A stretch of DNA of 64,000 nt, taken from assembly GCA_037445735.1 (NCBI GenBank), contig JBBIJY010000001.1, forward strand, positions 1 to 64,000, read 5' to 3'. The stretch comes from Armatimonadota bacterium (GTDB lineage: Bacteria > Armatimonadota > Fimbriimonadia > Fimbriimonadales > GBS-DC). A program made the position numbers and the translations under genes. Below are positions 9,452-18,607 of this stretch, in pieces. Under the pieces are notes generated by a model. The model searched no databases. It was not told the DNA's origin and saw only the letters and a list, made by a program, of their open reading frames with translations. Within the stretch, counting starts at the first letter, position 1. Every line of letters starts with the position of its first letter.

Positions 9452-10675
9452 CTAACACGCTGTGCCGAAGTTGAACAGCACCATCAGCAGGTCGGCATCG
9501 TCCACGATGCCGTCTTGGTTCACATCAGCGGCGGCGCAATCGGCGCCACAACCGAACGCAAACAGGACCACAAGCAGGTCCGCATCATCCGTGATGCCAT
9601 CGTCGTTCACATCGGTGCGACGGTAGCAGCGACCTGTATCCAGTAGAAACGCCTGCCACTGACCCTGATGCCAGCCGACACCCACCACATATCGCCCACC
9701 AGGTGAAACCCCGTAGGCATACACCAGCTGGTCACCCGGCATTAGCAGGGAAGCATACACCTCATTCAAATCGTGCAGCCCGCTGGTTGGCTGCCAGCGG
9801 AACGCGCTGGTAATCGGCTGGTCTGCCATGTGCGTGTAGTCGCCCACTATCACGCTGCCGTCGCCGTTCACACCGTAGGCGCGACTGAAAAGAATGCGGG
9901 GATCATCGAGGGGGTGCAGAGGTTGCATGCCTGTGCCTGCGGTCCAGCGGAACGCCAGCCAGCGATCGGGCGTTTGCGCCATGCCCGCTATCACGCTGCC
10001 ATCCGCCGAGATGGCATAGGCTTCGCTTTCGCCGCCACCAAGCGTGCCCAGCGCCGCGATGTTCTGTCCCACCTGCCAGCGACAGGCAATCACGCGCCCG
10101 CTGGCGGTCTGTGAATAGCCTGCTATTGTATTGCCAGTGGCATCAACGGCGTAGGCATACGCGGCGACACCACCCAGCGTGCCCAGATCGATCATGCCGG
10201 TGTGAGGTGTCCAGCGGAACGCACGCGGGTTGCCATCTCGATTGAGTGCGCCACCAACCACCACCTGCCCATCTGCCGAAACCGCCTGCGCCATGCTGAA
10301 GTTGCCGCCCAGCGTGCCCAGGTCTTCTATCACACCCATTCGCCAGCGGACGGCGCGAAACGCGCCACCCTCCAGTGTCGACACACCCACCACGGTACTG
10401 CCATCCGCACTGATTCCATACGCATTGGCTGCTGCGCCACCCAGCGTGCCCAAATCCTGCATCATACCGTTTGACCACAGGAAGGCGCGACGCTGACCGC
10501 TGCCATCGGTCGCGATGCCGACCACCTGTCCCTGATCGTTCACCGCCTTAGCAATGCTCCAGGTGCCGCCAGGAAGCGTGCCCAACCAGTGCAGCGCTGC
10601 GCCCTGCGACCATCCCATTAACAGCCCGCCCCACAAGACCCATCCTATCACGCTGATGCCGCGCATCCCAATCAT
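9452..10675 (-). CDS. Extracellular HAF-repeat protein with dockerin-like C-terminus
   Basis: Repeated DLGTLGG..S.A.AVSADG..VVG units. C-terminal DVNDDGITDDADLL / [14 protein letters not shown]. Confidence 0.85.
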   Translation of the reverse strand: MIGMRGISVIGWVLWGGLLMGWSQGAALHWLGTLPGGTWSIAKAVNDQGQVVGIATDGSGQRRAFLWSNGMMQDLGTLGGAAANAYGISADGSTVVGVSTLEGGAFRAVRWRMGVIEDLGTLGGNFSMAQAVSADGQVVVGGALNRDGNPRAFRWTPHTGMIDLGTLGGVAAYAYAVDATGNTIAGYSQTASGRVIACRWQVGQNIAALGTLGGGESEAYAISADGSVIAGMAQTPDRWLAFRWTAGTGMQPLHPLDDPRILFSRAYGVNGDGSVIVGDYTHMADQPITSAFRWQPTSGLHDLNEVYASLLMPGDQLVYAYGVSPGGRYVVGVGWHQGQWQAFLLDTGRCYRRTDVNDDGITDDADLLVVLFAFGCGADCAAADVNQDGIVDDADLLMVLFNFGTAC

Positions 10676-10848
10676 ATATAGACTCTTCCCGATGCCCATT
10701 AGGGACAGGCAAAAGTGCGAGCCAATTTAACCCAGCGGTCAGAAAACGCCCGATTCGATGTCCGCTTTTGGGAGATCTCTGAGTCTTTAAAGGAGTGGAA
10801 GGACGCTGGCACCCTTCCGACATCGTTGCAGAAGAGAGGTGAGCGCAG

Positions 10849-11892
10849 ATGCGAGTGATTCGATGGTGGAGCATAGTGCTGGCAATGCTGACAATCGGTG
10901 GTGTGGCACAGGCACAAACTTTCGTGATATTGCTCAATCAGGGTCCGAGCAATAACGGTGGTAGCCTCTCCGAATCGCACAGTGGTCCCACCAGCGGCGT
11001 TTTCAGCGCTGCCGAGTGGGTGCTGACGGATACCTCCTTTGCGGGAACCATCAACGGCTGGTACTGGAACCGTGAACTGGGTCCCAACAGCAGCGGCGAT
11101 CCCTTCGGTCGTCTGGTTGCTCGATTTTCAGGCGACGGGGGCACGGCATCGGGTAGCTACTGGCGACTGCCGGCTAACCGTTCAGGTGGCGTCACATCGA
11201 ATAACCCCACAGGGGTGGTCACCTTCACTACCTGGGTCGGCTCCGGGCATCGATTCCGCCTGGAGCAGCTTTCCAACAAGCCCGCCTTTGGAGGAGACCT
11301 GACCACGCGCACCCGTGCGCAGTTCAATAACGCTGCTGCCGTCTCCAGCAGTGCGAACCCTGTCGGTTCCGTGGCAGGCGTGCCCGACGATGATCCCATC
11401 CTGCCAGGCGTTCAGGTCAATAAACAGATTAACCCCTTACTAACGCTCAACTGGAGTGTGTCTGCAGCAAGCGCCTTCCGCGGGCAGGTAGCGAGCGGAC
11501 CCTACTTTGGGGCCATCAATTCGCCTTTCCGTGATGATATCCGTGTAACGGGTGCTTTCAAAGTGAACGGCATCACGGTTCAGACGGGCAACAGCAACAT
11601 TGTGACCTTTGCTGTGAACGAAGGTGCAACCACCAAAAGCACCAGTGCCTTCGGCAATACCTATTCGCTGGACCTAAGCCCCTACAACATCGGTGATATT
11701 GTGACTCTGCGCGTGGAGTACAGCTTCCTGTGGGATGGGTATCACGATGCGTTTGCGGGCACTGCAACCCTGTTTTCGGGCTTTACCGAGTTGCAGTTTG
11801 AGGTGGTTCCAGAGCCGGGTGGTTGGCTGGCAATCAGCACTGCCGTTGTGGGGCTGGTGGGTCTACAGCGGCGTCGTTCAGCAGTGACCTGA
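10849..11892 (+). CDS. PEP-CTERM sorting-domain surface protein
   Basis: Signal peptide; C-terminal VPEPGGW, TM segment and QRRR. Confidence 0.85.
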   Translation: MRVIRWWSIVLAMLTIGGVAQAQTFVILLNQGPSNNGGSLSESHSGPTSGVFSAAEWVLTDTSFAGTINGWYWNRELGPNSSGDPFGRLVARFSGDGGTASGSYWRLPANRSGGVTSNNPTGVVTFTTWVGSGHRFRLEQLSNKPAFGGDLTTRTRAQFNNAAAVSSSANPVGSVAGVPDDDPILPGVQVNKQINPLLTLNWSVSAASAFRGQVASGPYFGAINSPFRDDIRVTGAFKVNGITVQTGNSNIVTFAVNEGATTKSTSAFGNTYSLDLSPYNIGDIVTLRVEYSFLWDGYHDAFAGTATLFSGFTELQFEVVPEPGGWLAISTAVVGLVGLQRRRSAVT

Positions 11893-11964
11893 AGCCAGAG
11901 TGTCGGCACGTCTCACAACTGCCTCCTGAGTGGTGGGGCGGGGGAAGCACCTCGCCCTTCCATT

Positions 11965-12210
11965 TTATGCGGAGCGTGCAGATGAGTTTTCGGGAGCCGA
12001 TTGGGGCTGGGGCACATCTTCGGGCTGGGCTTGAGCGGCTGCCAGGTTCTCGCGCTGGATGGCTTCATAGATTTCGCGCCGATGTACGGCGACCTCGCGC
12101 GGCGCCTTGATACCCAGGCGCACCTGCTCGCCGCGCACCTCCAGCACGATGACCTCGATATCGTCGCCAATCATGATGCTCTGGTTCACCTTGCGTGTTA
12201 GCACTAACAT
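11965..12210 (-). CDS. csrA: Carbon storage regulator CsrA
   Basis: [20 protein letters not shown]...[19 protein letters not shown]. Confidence 0.97.
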   Translation of the reverse strand: MLVLTRKVNQSIMIGDDIEVIVLEVRGEQVRLGIKAPREVAVHRREIYEAIQRENLAAAQAQPEDVPQPQSAPENSSARSA

Positions 12211-12237
12211 GGGTATCGCCCTCCGTGGCGGGCGGCG

Positions 12238-12702
12238 TCAGCCAGCCGCCTGCTGAGTCTGCACCGAGCGCCACATCTCCTGCAAAATCGGGTGGCGGGT
12301 TGTATAGCGCTCATCGTCTAAAATCACCTGCCGCCCGCAACGCGCGTTGCCGTTAATCACAATCGGCGCCAGCAGGTTGGCGGTCATCGCATGCGGTTTG
12401 CCCGATGGAATCGAGACCGTCACATAGACCCATCGGATCGAATCTGCGCTCAACTGCAGGCGCTCCACATCCACATCGGACAGCACCACCTCGTAGTCGG
12501 GACGGAAGAACCACGGGTCAATCATCAGCATCGCGAAGCCCGGCTCTTCCACCGACTGCAGCCATCGGAACGGGCTGTCGTCGCCATGGCGAATAATCAC
12601 GAACCGCTTCAGATGGCTCAGTCCCACCAGCCCGTCAGGGAAGGTGATGATGTCTTCCGCTTCTATTGTTATTGTACCGAATCGGGTTGTGTGAAGTTCC
12701 AT
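12238..12702 (-). CDS. fliW: Flagellar assembly factor FliW
   Basis: TTRFG...FPDGLVG...WLQS...TANLLAPIVIN; adjacent to csrA. Confidence 0.93.
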   Translation of the reverse strand: MELHTTRFGTITIEAEDIITFPDGLVGLSHLKRFVIIRHGDDSPFRWLQSVEEPGFAMLMIDPWFFRPDYEVVLSDVDVERLQLSADSIRWVYVTVSIPSGKPHAMTANLLAPIVINGNARCGRQVILDDERYTTRHPILQEMWRSVQTQQAAG

Positions 12703-12708
12703 CGGTTC

Positions 12709-13596
12709 TCAACCTCCACGCAGGAAATCGAACAGATTGATTGCCTGCACGCGCGTAAACACCTGCAAAGCGGCTTGATAACTCAGTTCCTGCTGGCGCA
12801 GCTGGCTGATGGCTTCGGCGAGGTCCACCTCCTCAATCGCTGCCAGATTGCCCTGCAGTTGCTCCGTGCGGGCGGCGTAAAGGGTTTCATAGTTCTCCAG
12901 CTCACGCAGGCGCACGCCCATCTCACCCCGATAGCGAATGAACTCTGACTGGAACGCCTCGATATCGCGCAGGTCAACTGTTGAGAGGGTCGCTTTGTCG
13001 TCCGCCAGCAGATGGTTTTCGACCTCGGTGAGTTTGTTATACAGGTCGGCGATTCGGGCGGCGCCCGTGAAGTTCATCGAGATGGTTCGGTCGGCAGCAA
13101 TATTGACCAGCAGGGGGTTGCCGTCGCCTGTATAGGTCAGCACGCCCCCCGCGAGGGTGAAGGGCGCGGTTGTGAGCTTCTGCCCGCTGAACAGGTAGCG
13201 GTCGCCATCCACGCGCTGATTGCCCAGCTGCATTAATCGCTCCTTCAGCTGGCGGAGCTGCTGGATGAGCGCGTCGCGGGCGTTCGCATCCAGCGTGTCG
13301 TTGGCGCCCTGCGTAATCAGCTGGCGTACCTCACCCAGCAGGCTGCCAATGTCCGCCAGCGCCTGCTCCGTCGATTGCAGGAACAGGCGCGCTTCACGAA
13401 TATTGCGCCCATACTGTTCGATTTCCTGCAGGCTCTGGCGGATGGCGAGCGCATGCACGCTGCCGACGGGATCGTCCGACGGCTGCTCGATGCGCCGCCC
13501 GGTGGCGACCTGTCGTTGATAGCGGCTCAGGCGGTCAGTGGACCGCTCAATCGCCCGCCCCATCTGCCAGAACTGCCAGCTGGTGCTGATTCGCAT
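12709..13596 (-). CDS. flgL: Flagellar hook-associated protein 3
   Basis: MRIST...TGRRIEQPSDDP; flagellin-like C-terminus; follows flgK. Confidence 0.92.
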   Translation of the reverse strand: MRISTSWQFWQMGRAIERSTDRLSRYQRQVATGRRIEQPSDDPVGSVHALAIRQSLQEIEQYGRNIREARLFLQSTEQALADIGSLLGEVRQLITQGANDTLDANARDALIQQLRQLKERLMQLGNQRVDGDRYLFSGQKLTTAPFTLAGGVLTYTGDGNPLLVNIAADRTISMNFTGAARIADLYNKLTEVENHLLADDKATLSTVDLRDIEAFQSEFIRYRGEMGVRLRELENYETLYAARTEQLQGNLAAIEEVDLAEAISQLRQQELSYQAALQVFTRVQAINLFDFLRGG

Positions 13597-13635
13597 CGCT
13601 CACTCTCTTATCCTGGCAGGGTACCCGGACTACGG

Positions 13636-14997
13636 CTATCCGGGCGCCACCAGCTGCAGCATATCTTCCAGCAGCGAGTCGAAGGTGCTGAGCATCTTCG
13701 CGGCTGCCTGATAGCTGCGCTGGTACTTCATCAGGTTCGCTGCCTCCTCGTCCAGCGAGACACCCGATACCGACTCGCGGAGCATCAGCAGATGCTCCAC
13801 TGTTAATTGTTGCGTTTCGGCGCGATTTTTGGAGACCTGTGCATCGTTGCCAACACGCCCGATGAGGTTTCGGTAGAACTGGGGGATGCTGAGTCCGCCA
13901 AGCGTGCCCTGCGCAGCGGTGCGCAGATCTGCCAGTGCGCGGGCGACGCCGCCGTTGCCCGGCGCGTCGGGCACCGACGCCGCCGCGATATGGCTGGGGT
14001 CACTGATGTCAGCGTGCAGGGTGATGTTCGAAGCGTCGGTACCGTCAAAAAAGAGGTAGCCCGTGTTGCCGTCCAGCGCGTAGCCGCTGGCGTGGATGGC
14101 GTTCACCTGCGTGATGAGCGTGTTGGCGAGCGTGTTCAGGTCGGCGCGATAGCTCTGCAGGTTCGCGATGGCGTCCATCAGCCCGCGCAACTCGCCCGAC
14201 TGGATGCGGATATCGACGGGCGTGTTGTCCAGCGAGCGGTTGGCGATATCGAGCGTGGTGGGCAGCTGGAACGAGGCGTTGTCCTGCACCAGCGTGTAGC
14301 CGTCCACCGAGACGAGGACGGTGCCGTCCTGAGCGTACTGGGCGCGGGCACCGACGAGTTCGCTCAGGCGCGTGATGAGCTGGTCACGCTGATCGAGCAG
14401 ACCACCCGGTTCCGCGCCGCTGGCAGCAGCGGCTCGAATCTGTCCGTTGAGCTGCGCCAGTTGCGCGGCGAGCTGGTTCGCCTCTGCGATTCGCGCCTGC
14501 GCCTGCTGGAGCAGCTGGCTCTCCTGCGTGGTGAGGTTGCGGTGCAGGCTGCGGAAGGTGTCGGCGAGCGCGCTGGCTGCCTGAATCACGCTCTGGCGGG
14601 CAGCCATGCTATCGGGGCGCGTCGCTAACTCCTCGAAAGCGTTGAAGAGCGCGTCGAGCCGCGCGCTCAAGCCCAGCTCGCCCGGCTCGTTGAACAGGCT
14701 CTCAATCTGCTGGAGTTGCTGGCGCAGGCTGTCGAGGCGAGCGAGGTCGGCGCTGCTGCCATTAATGCGCTGTTCGAGCATCATGTCGCGCAGTCGCTGG
14801 ATGCTCTGCGCCATCACGCCGCTGCCGACGCGCAGGCGCGGGCTGAACGCATAGTCGGGCGTGGGCGCGAACACCACCCGACGGCGCGTGTAGCCCGGCG
14901 TGTTCACATTCGCCACATTGTGCCCCGTTATATCCAGCCCGATCTGGAACGCGCGCAGCGCACGGATGCCTAACTCGATGCCGTAGAAACTGGACAT
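13636..14997 (-). CDS. flgK: Flagellar hook-associated protein 1
   Basis: GHNVANVNTPGYTR and SGVSLDEEAANLMKYQRSYQAAAK motifs. Confidence 0.95.
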   Translation of the reverse strand: MSSFYGIELGIRALRAFQIGLDITGHNVANVNTPGYTRRRVVFAPTPDYAFSPRLRVGSGVMAQSIQRLRDMMLEQRINGSSADLARLDSLRQQLQQIESLFNEPGELGLSARLDALFNAFEELATRPDSMAARQSVIQAASALADTFRSLHRNLTTQESQLLQQAQARIAEANQLAAQLAQLNGQIRAAAASGAEPGGLLDQRDQLITRLSELVGARAQYAQDGTVLVSVDGYTLVQDNASFQLPTTLDIANRSLDNTPVDIRIQSGELRGLMDAIANLQSYRADLNTLANTLITQVNAIHASGYALDGNTGYLFFDGTDASNITLHADISDPSHIAAASVPDAPGNGGVARALADLRTAAQGTLGGLSIPQFYRNLIGRVGNDAQVSKNRAETQQLTVEHLLMLRESVSGVSLDEEAANLMKYQRSYQAAAKMLSTFDSLLEDMLQLVAPG

Positions 14998-15000
14998 GGT

Positions 15001-15453
15001 TCAGACCTCGGTGTTGAGCATCAGGGTGGCGCTGGAGCGGTTGCTGGTGGGCGCGTAGTGTTCGGGTTCGGCGGCACGCAGTAGCATCGCCATCAGCGCG
15101 TGCGTGTAGTCCAGCTCGTTGCGGATGATATCGTACGCGCTCTGCACGATTTCATCGAGGACGCGCGCCGTCTCCAGCACACGCTGGAGCAGTTGCGAAG
15201 TGCCGTCTTGCGGCTTCTGGCTGCTGTCGGGCGGTTCGGAAGGGGAGGGCAGAGCCGTGCGCAGCTGTTCCAGGCGTTGCAGAACAGGTTGCAGGCGCGT
15301 GTTGAGGGCGTCGATGGCGGCGAGGTCGCGCCGCACGAGCGCGTCGCGCCACACTTTCAACAGTGGCAGCGCACGCCTCGTCTCCCGAACCCACTGCATC
15401 AGCAATGCGTCGTTCGGTGCGTGTCGGACAGGCTGGTTGTGTTCCTCGCTCAC
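15001..15453 (-). CDS. flgN: FlgN-like flagellar export chaperone
   Basis: Helical protein immediately upstream of flgK; assignment mostly positional. Confidence 0.6.
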   Translation of the reverse strand: MSEEHNQPVRHAPNDALLMQWVRETRRALPLLKVWRDALVRRDLAAIDALNTRLQPVLQRLEQLRTALPSPSEPPDSSQKPQDGTSQLLQRVLETARVLDEIVQSAYDIIRNELDYTHALMAMLLRAAEPEHYAPTSNRSSATLMLNTEV

Positions 15454-15884
15454 GGTTGTTCACCCCGCTTCATCGAGAGCTGCTCGTACAGTTTTTCGGC
15501 GATGCCGAACTGCCCGTGTTGGGAGAGATATTCGGCGAAGGTGAGGTCGAACATCTCCGCATAGTTGAGGGTTTGGGGCTGTTTGGGCACGGTGCGCTGC
15601 ATTGCCCGCCACAGCTGGAGCAGGAACACCGCCTCAAACTGCTGACAGGCTTCGTGGAGGCGGTGGTCAATCCCCTCACCCTCTCCCCTGTAAGCGGGGG
15701 CGAGGGATTGACCAGTGGAACTCCCTCTCCCCGCTGGGGAGAGGGTTGGGGTGAGGGGTTTCTCGCCAGCGTGCGACCCAAAAGCCCCCTCACCCGTACC
15801 CTCTCCCCCGTAAACGGGGGAGAGGGTTTTAGAGAGCTGGGGCGAGGGGGGAATGGGATGGCGAAGGTCGATTCGAGGGTTCAT
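15450..15884 (-). CDS. flgJ: Rod-binding (FlgJ N-terminal-like) protein carrying in-frame palindromic repeat insertions
   Basis: LHEACQQFEAVFL..LWRAMQRTVP...MFD...GIAEKLYEQL motif. N-terminal repeat-derived peptides (PLTPTLSPAGRG). Confidence 0.8.
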   Translation of the reverse strand: MNPRIDLRHPIPPSPQLSKTLSPVYGGEGTGEGAFGSHAGEKPLTPTLSPAGRGSSTGQSLAPAYRGEGEGIDHRLHEACQQFEAVFLLQLWRAMQRTVPKQPQTLNYAEMFDLTFAEYLSQHGQFGIAEKLYEQLSMKRGEQP

Positions 15885-17011
15885 TATTGCACCTCCACTT
15901 CGGCGTGCAGGGCGCCTGCCGCTTTGAGCGCCTGCAAAATCGCGATTAAATCGCGCGGGCTGACCCCCAGCGCGTTCAGCGCCTTCACCAGCGATTCGAC
16001 CGACGCGCCCTCCTTGAAGTAGACCATCTGCGCAGGCTCCTGCTGGGCGTCAATCTGGGTCTGGGGCACGACGCGCGTCTGACCCTGACTGAGCGGCGGC
16101 GGCTGCGAAACCTCGTAGGTGGTCTGGACGCGCACGGTGATGCCGCCATGCGCAATCGCGACGGGTGCGATACGCACCTCGCCGTTCACCACCACAGTGC
16201 CCGTGCGCTCGTTGACCACGATTCGAGCGGTGGTGTCGGGCACAACGGGCAGCGACTCCAGCTGCGCAATCAGCATGATGGGGTCCAGGGCGCCCTGCGC
16301 ATCCAGCGCAACGCGAATGGTGGCAGGGTCTATCGCCTGCGCCGTCAGGCTGGGGAACGCCGCGCGAATCGAACTGACGATTCGCGCCACGGTGGTGAAG
16401 TCGGGCTGGTCCAGCTGGATAATCAGCGAGTTGTCGGCTTGCAGGAACTGGCTGGGCACTTCGCGTTCGATGAGCGCGCCGCCAGGGATTCGCCCGACGG
16501 TGGTGTGGTTGCGCTGCACGCGCGCGCCGCCTGCGCTGAAGTTGAACCCACCGATGGAGAGCGCGCCCTGCGCGACGGCGTAGACCGTTCCATCCGCGCC
16601 GCGCAGCGGCGTCTGCAACAGCGTGCCGCCCTGCAGCGAGCGAGCGTCACCGATGCTGGAGACCAGCACATCGATGCGGTTGCCCGCGCGGGCGAACGGC
16701 GGCAGCTCCGCTGTGACCATCACCGCCGCCACATTCTTCACCTTGAGCGCGTCGGCAGGAACCGTGATGCCGAACCGCTCCAGCATGTTCGCAATCGATT
16801 GCACGGTGAACAGGGCGCCCTTGCTGTCGCCTGTGCCCTCCAGCCCCACGACCAGCCCGTAGCCAACCAGCTGGTTGCTGCGCACGCCGCGCACCTGCGC
16901 CACATCTTTCAGGCGTACAGCGGGCACAGTCACCACGCCGTTCTGACCCACACAGAGGCTGATCAGCCCCAGAGCCGCTATCGTCAGCACGCTCCGCATC
17001 GCACTCACCAC
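15884..17011 (-). CDS. flgI: Flagellar P-ring protein
   Basis: RLKDVA.VRGVRSNQLVGYGLVVGLEGTGD...ILQALKAAGALHAE. Confidence 0.96.
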   Translation of the reverse strand: MVSAMRSVLTIAALGLISLCVGQNGVVTVPAVRLKDVAQVRGVRSNQLVGYGLVVGLEGTGDSKGALFTVQSIANMLERFGITVPADALKVKNVAAVMVTAELPPFARAGNRIDVLVSSIGDARSLQGGTLLQTPLRGADGTVYAVAQGALSIGGFNFSAGGARVQRNHTTVGRIPGGALIEREVPSQFLQADNSLIIQLDQPDFTTVARIVSSIRAAFPSLTAQAIDPATIRVALDAQGALDPIMLIAQLESLPVVPDTTARIVVNERTGTVVVNGEVRIAPVAIAHGGITVRVQTTYEVSQPPPLSQGQTRVVPQTQIDAQQEPAQMVYFKEGASVESLVKALNALGVSPRDLIAILQALKAAGALHAEVEVQ

Positions 17012-17018
17012 CGTCGGG

Positions 17019-17792
17019 TTAGAATATCAGCTTAAACAGTTTCGTGAGCAGCCCCTCGCGCTGGCGGGAGCCGACCGTGCCCTTGCCCTCGAACTGAATC
17101 TGGGCGTTGGCGACCAGCGCCGATGGGATGGTGTTGTCGGCGCGGATGTCCCGAACACGCACCAGCCCCGTGAAGACGAGCGTCTGCGTTTCGTCGTTGA
17201 TTTTGAGCGTGCGTCGCCCTTCCACGCGCAACACGCCGTTCGGCAGGGTCTCCACCACCACGACGGTGATTCGAGCGGTGATGCGTCCGCTGCGCGAGGT
17301 GCTGCCCGCGCTGCTCAAATCGGTTTTGCCGCCCGCGCTCAGCTCAGGCCAGAGCAGCTTGAGCAGCGGTCCCACGCCCGCCTGTGTGGATGCCGATTCG
17401 CTCTTCTTGACGGCGGTGTCCGCGCTGGTGGTGGCGGTGGTGCTTTCGGTCACCACGATGGTCAGCAGGTCGCCCACCTGCCGCGCCTTGAAGTCTTCAA
17501 AGAGTGAGCCGCTCTGCTCGCTCCAGAGGGAGCCCGTGGGGGCAGGGAGCGAGTTTGCCGCGCCTGTCTCTCCATCACGGTTTGGAACAGCCCCCTCACC
17601 TGTACCCTCTCCCCCGCTGGGGGAGAGGGGGTTTTCAACTCCCTCTCCCCAGAGGGGAGAGGGTTGGGGTGAGGGGTCAGCTGCTATTTCCTGCAGCGTC
17701 AAGAGAAGGGACGGGTCACCCAGAGAAGGGACGAGAGCAGGGGCAAAACCGATCATCCATACAAACTGCACGATGGGCAGAAGCGCTATCAT
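17019..17792 (-). CDS. flgH: Flagellar L-ring protein with in-frame repeat insertion
   Basis: GSLW...LFED.KARQVGDLLTIVV.E, LPNG.L...G and NTIPS..VANA motifs. Confidence 0.92.
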   Translation of the reverse strand: MIALLPIVQFVWMIGFAPALVPSLGDPSLLLTLQEIAADPSPQPSPLWGEGVENPLSPSGGEGTGEGAVPNRDGETGAANSLPAPTGSLWSEQSGSLFEDFKARQVGDLLTIVVTESTTATTSADTAVKKSESASTQAGVGPLLKLLWPELSAGGKTDLSSAGSTSRSGRITARITVVVVETLPNGVLRVEGRRTLKINDETQTLVFTGLVRVRDIRADNTIPSALVANAQIQFEGKGTVGSRQREGLLTKLFKLIF

Positions 17793-18565
17793 AAGATCAC
17801 CTCCACGCGCCCGCGCTCAATCACACGGGCGCGAACGGTCTTCTGAGTGGTCGGGATATACACGGGGATAATCTCCTCTGCGGCGCCGGAGGCGCGCGCC
17901 GTGCCCGCCACTTCCAGCAGCACGCCCTCGACGCGCACCTGCACCTGCACCGTCTCGCCGGAGCGCACCAGCAGCGGGCGCGAGCGCTGGGGCGCACGGA
18001 AGCGGAGCGTGTGCTGTGCCCACGGCTGATTATTGATGCACACCGCCACGGTCAGCGATGCTGTGTCGCCCGCGATGCGCGGCTCGCCCATCAGCTGCAA
18101 CGCCAGCTCGCCCTCGGGCAGAGCGAGCGCGTTCGGCAGGCGTCCCGATTCGAGCTGCCACTCTTTTGCCGGATCGCCCAGCACGCGCTGCAGTTGCTCC
18201 TGCGCGAATCGCACCAGCGCATCGCCTGAAACCGATTGCGCCTGCCGCACGATTCGCACGGTGTCGGGCATCTGAATCTGCACGCTTTTTGGGTCAATCC
18301 CGTGCTGGCGCAGGCGGGTGATCAGCTGCTGGCGGGTGAAGAGCCGTTTCTGGGCGGGCAGGGGCGACGCGCCCAGCTCGATCGCCTGCAGTCGCTCGCG
18401 CAGCGCGGGCGCGCCACCCGTGAGCGTGGCAATCTCGCCCAGCCGAAACCGCTCGGCGCGAACGACCACCTCGGGCTCGATCCGAATCTGGAGTGTCGCC
18501 TCATCCGTGAGCAGTGCGCTGACCCATCCGATGGTCATTATCAGGCACAGCGCTGCTCGCATCAC
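17789..18565 (-). CDS. flgA: FlgA-like P-ring formation chaperone
   Basis: RLGEIA N-domain and LVRSGETV...A..SGA..E.I.V C-domain; upstream of flgH. Confidence 0.75.
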   Translation of the reverse strand: MMRAALCLIMTIGWVSALLTDEATLQIRIEPEVVVRAERFRLGEIATLTGGAPALRERLQAIELGASPLPAQKRLFTRQQLITRLRQHGIDPKSVQIQMPDTVRIVRQAQSVSGDALVRFAQEQLQRVLGDPAKEWQLESGRLPNALALPEGELALQLMGEPRIAGDTASLTVAVCINNQPWAQHTLRFRAPQRSRPLLVRSGETVQVQVRVEGVLLEVAGTARASGAAEEIIPVYIPTTQKTVRARVIERGRVEVIL

Positions 18566-18607
18566 GGCTCCATTATCGGCAGCGGGCGCGTCGATATGCA
18601 GTCGGCG

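Noticed and set aside
10807-10830. Sigma-54 promoter (TGGCAC...TTGCA) before the PEP-CTERM gene
   Set aside because: The two elements are 13 nt apart, incompatible with the fixed -24/-12 geometry.
15671-15826. Clustered repeats as a CRISPR array
   Set aside because: Units vary in sequence and orientation, spacing is irregular and there are no cas genes. They belong to a dispersed palindrome family.
11965-18565. flgA-H-I-J-N-K-L-fliW-csrA arrangement as novel
   Set aside because: FliW-CsrA linkage to flgKL is an established organisation.
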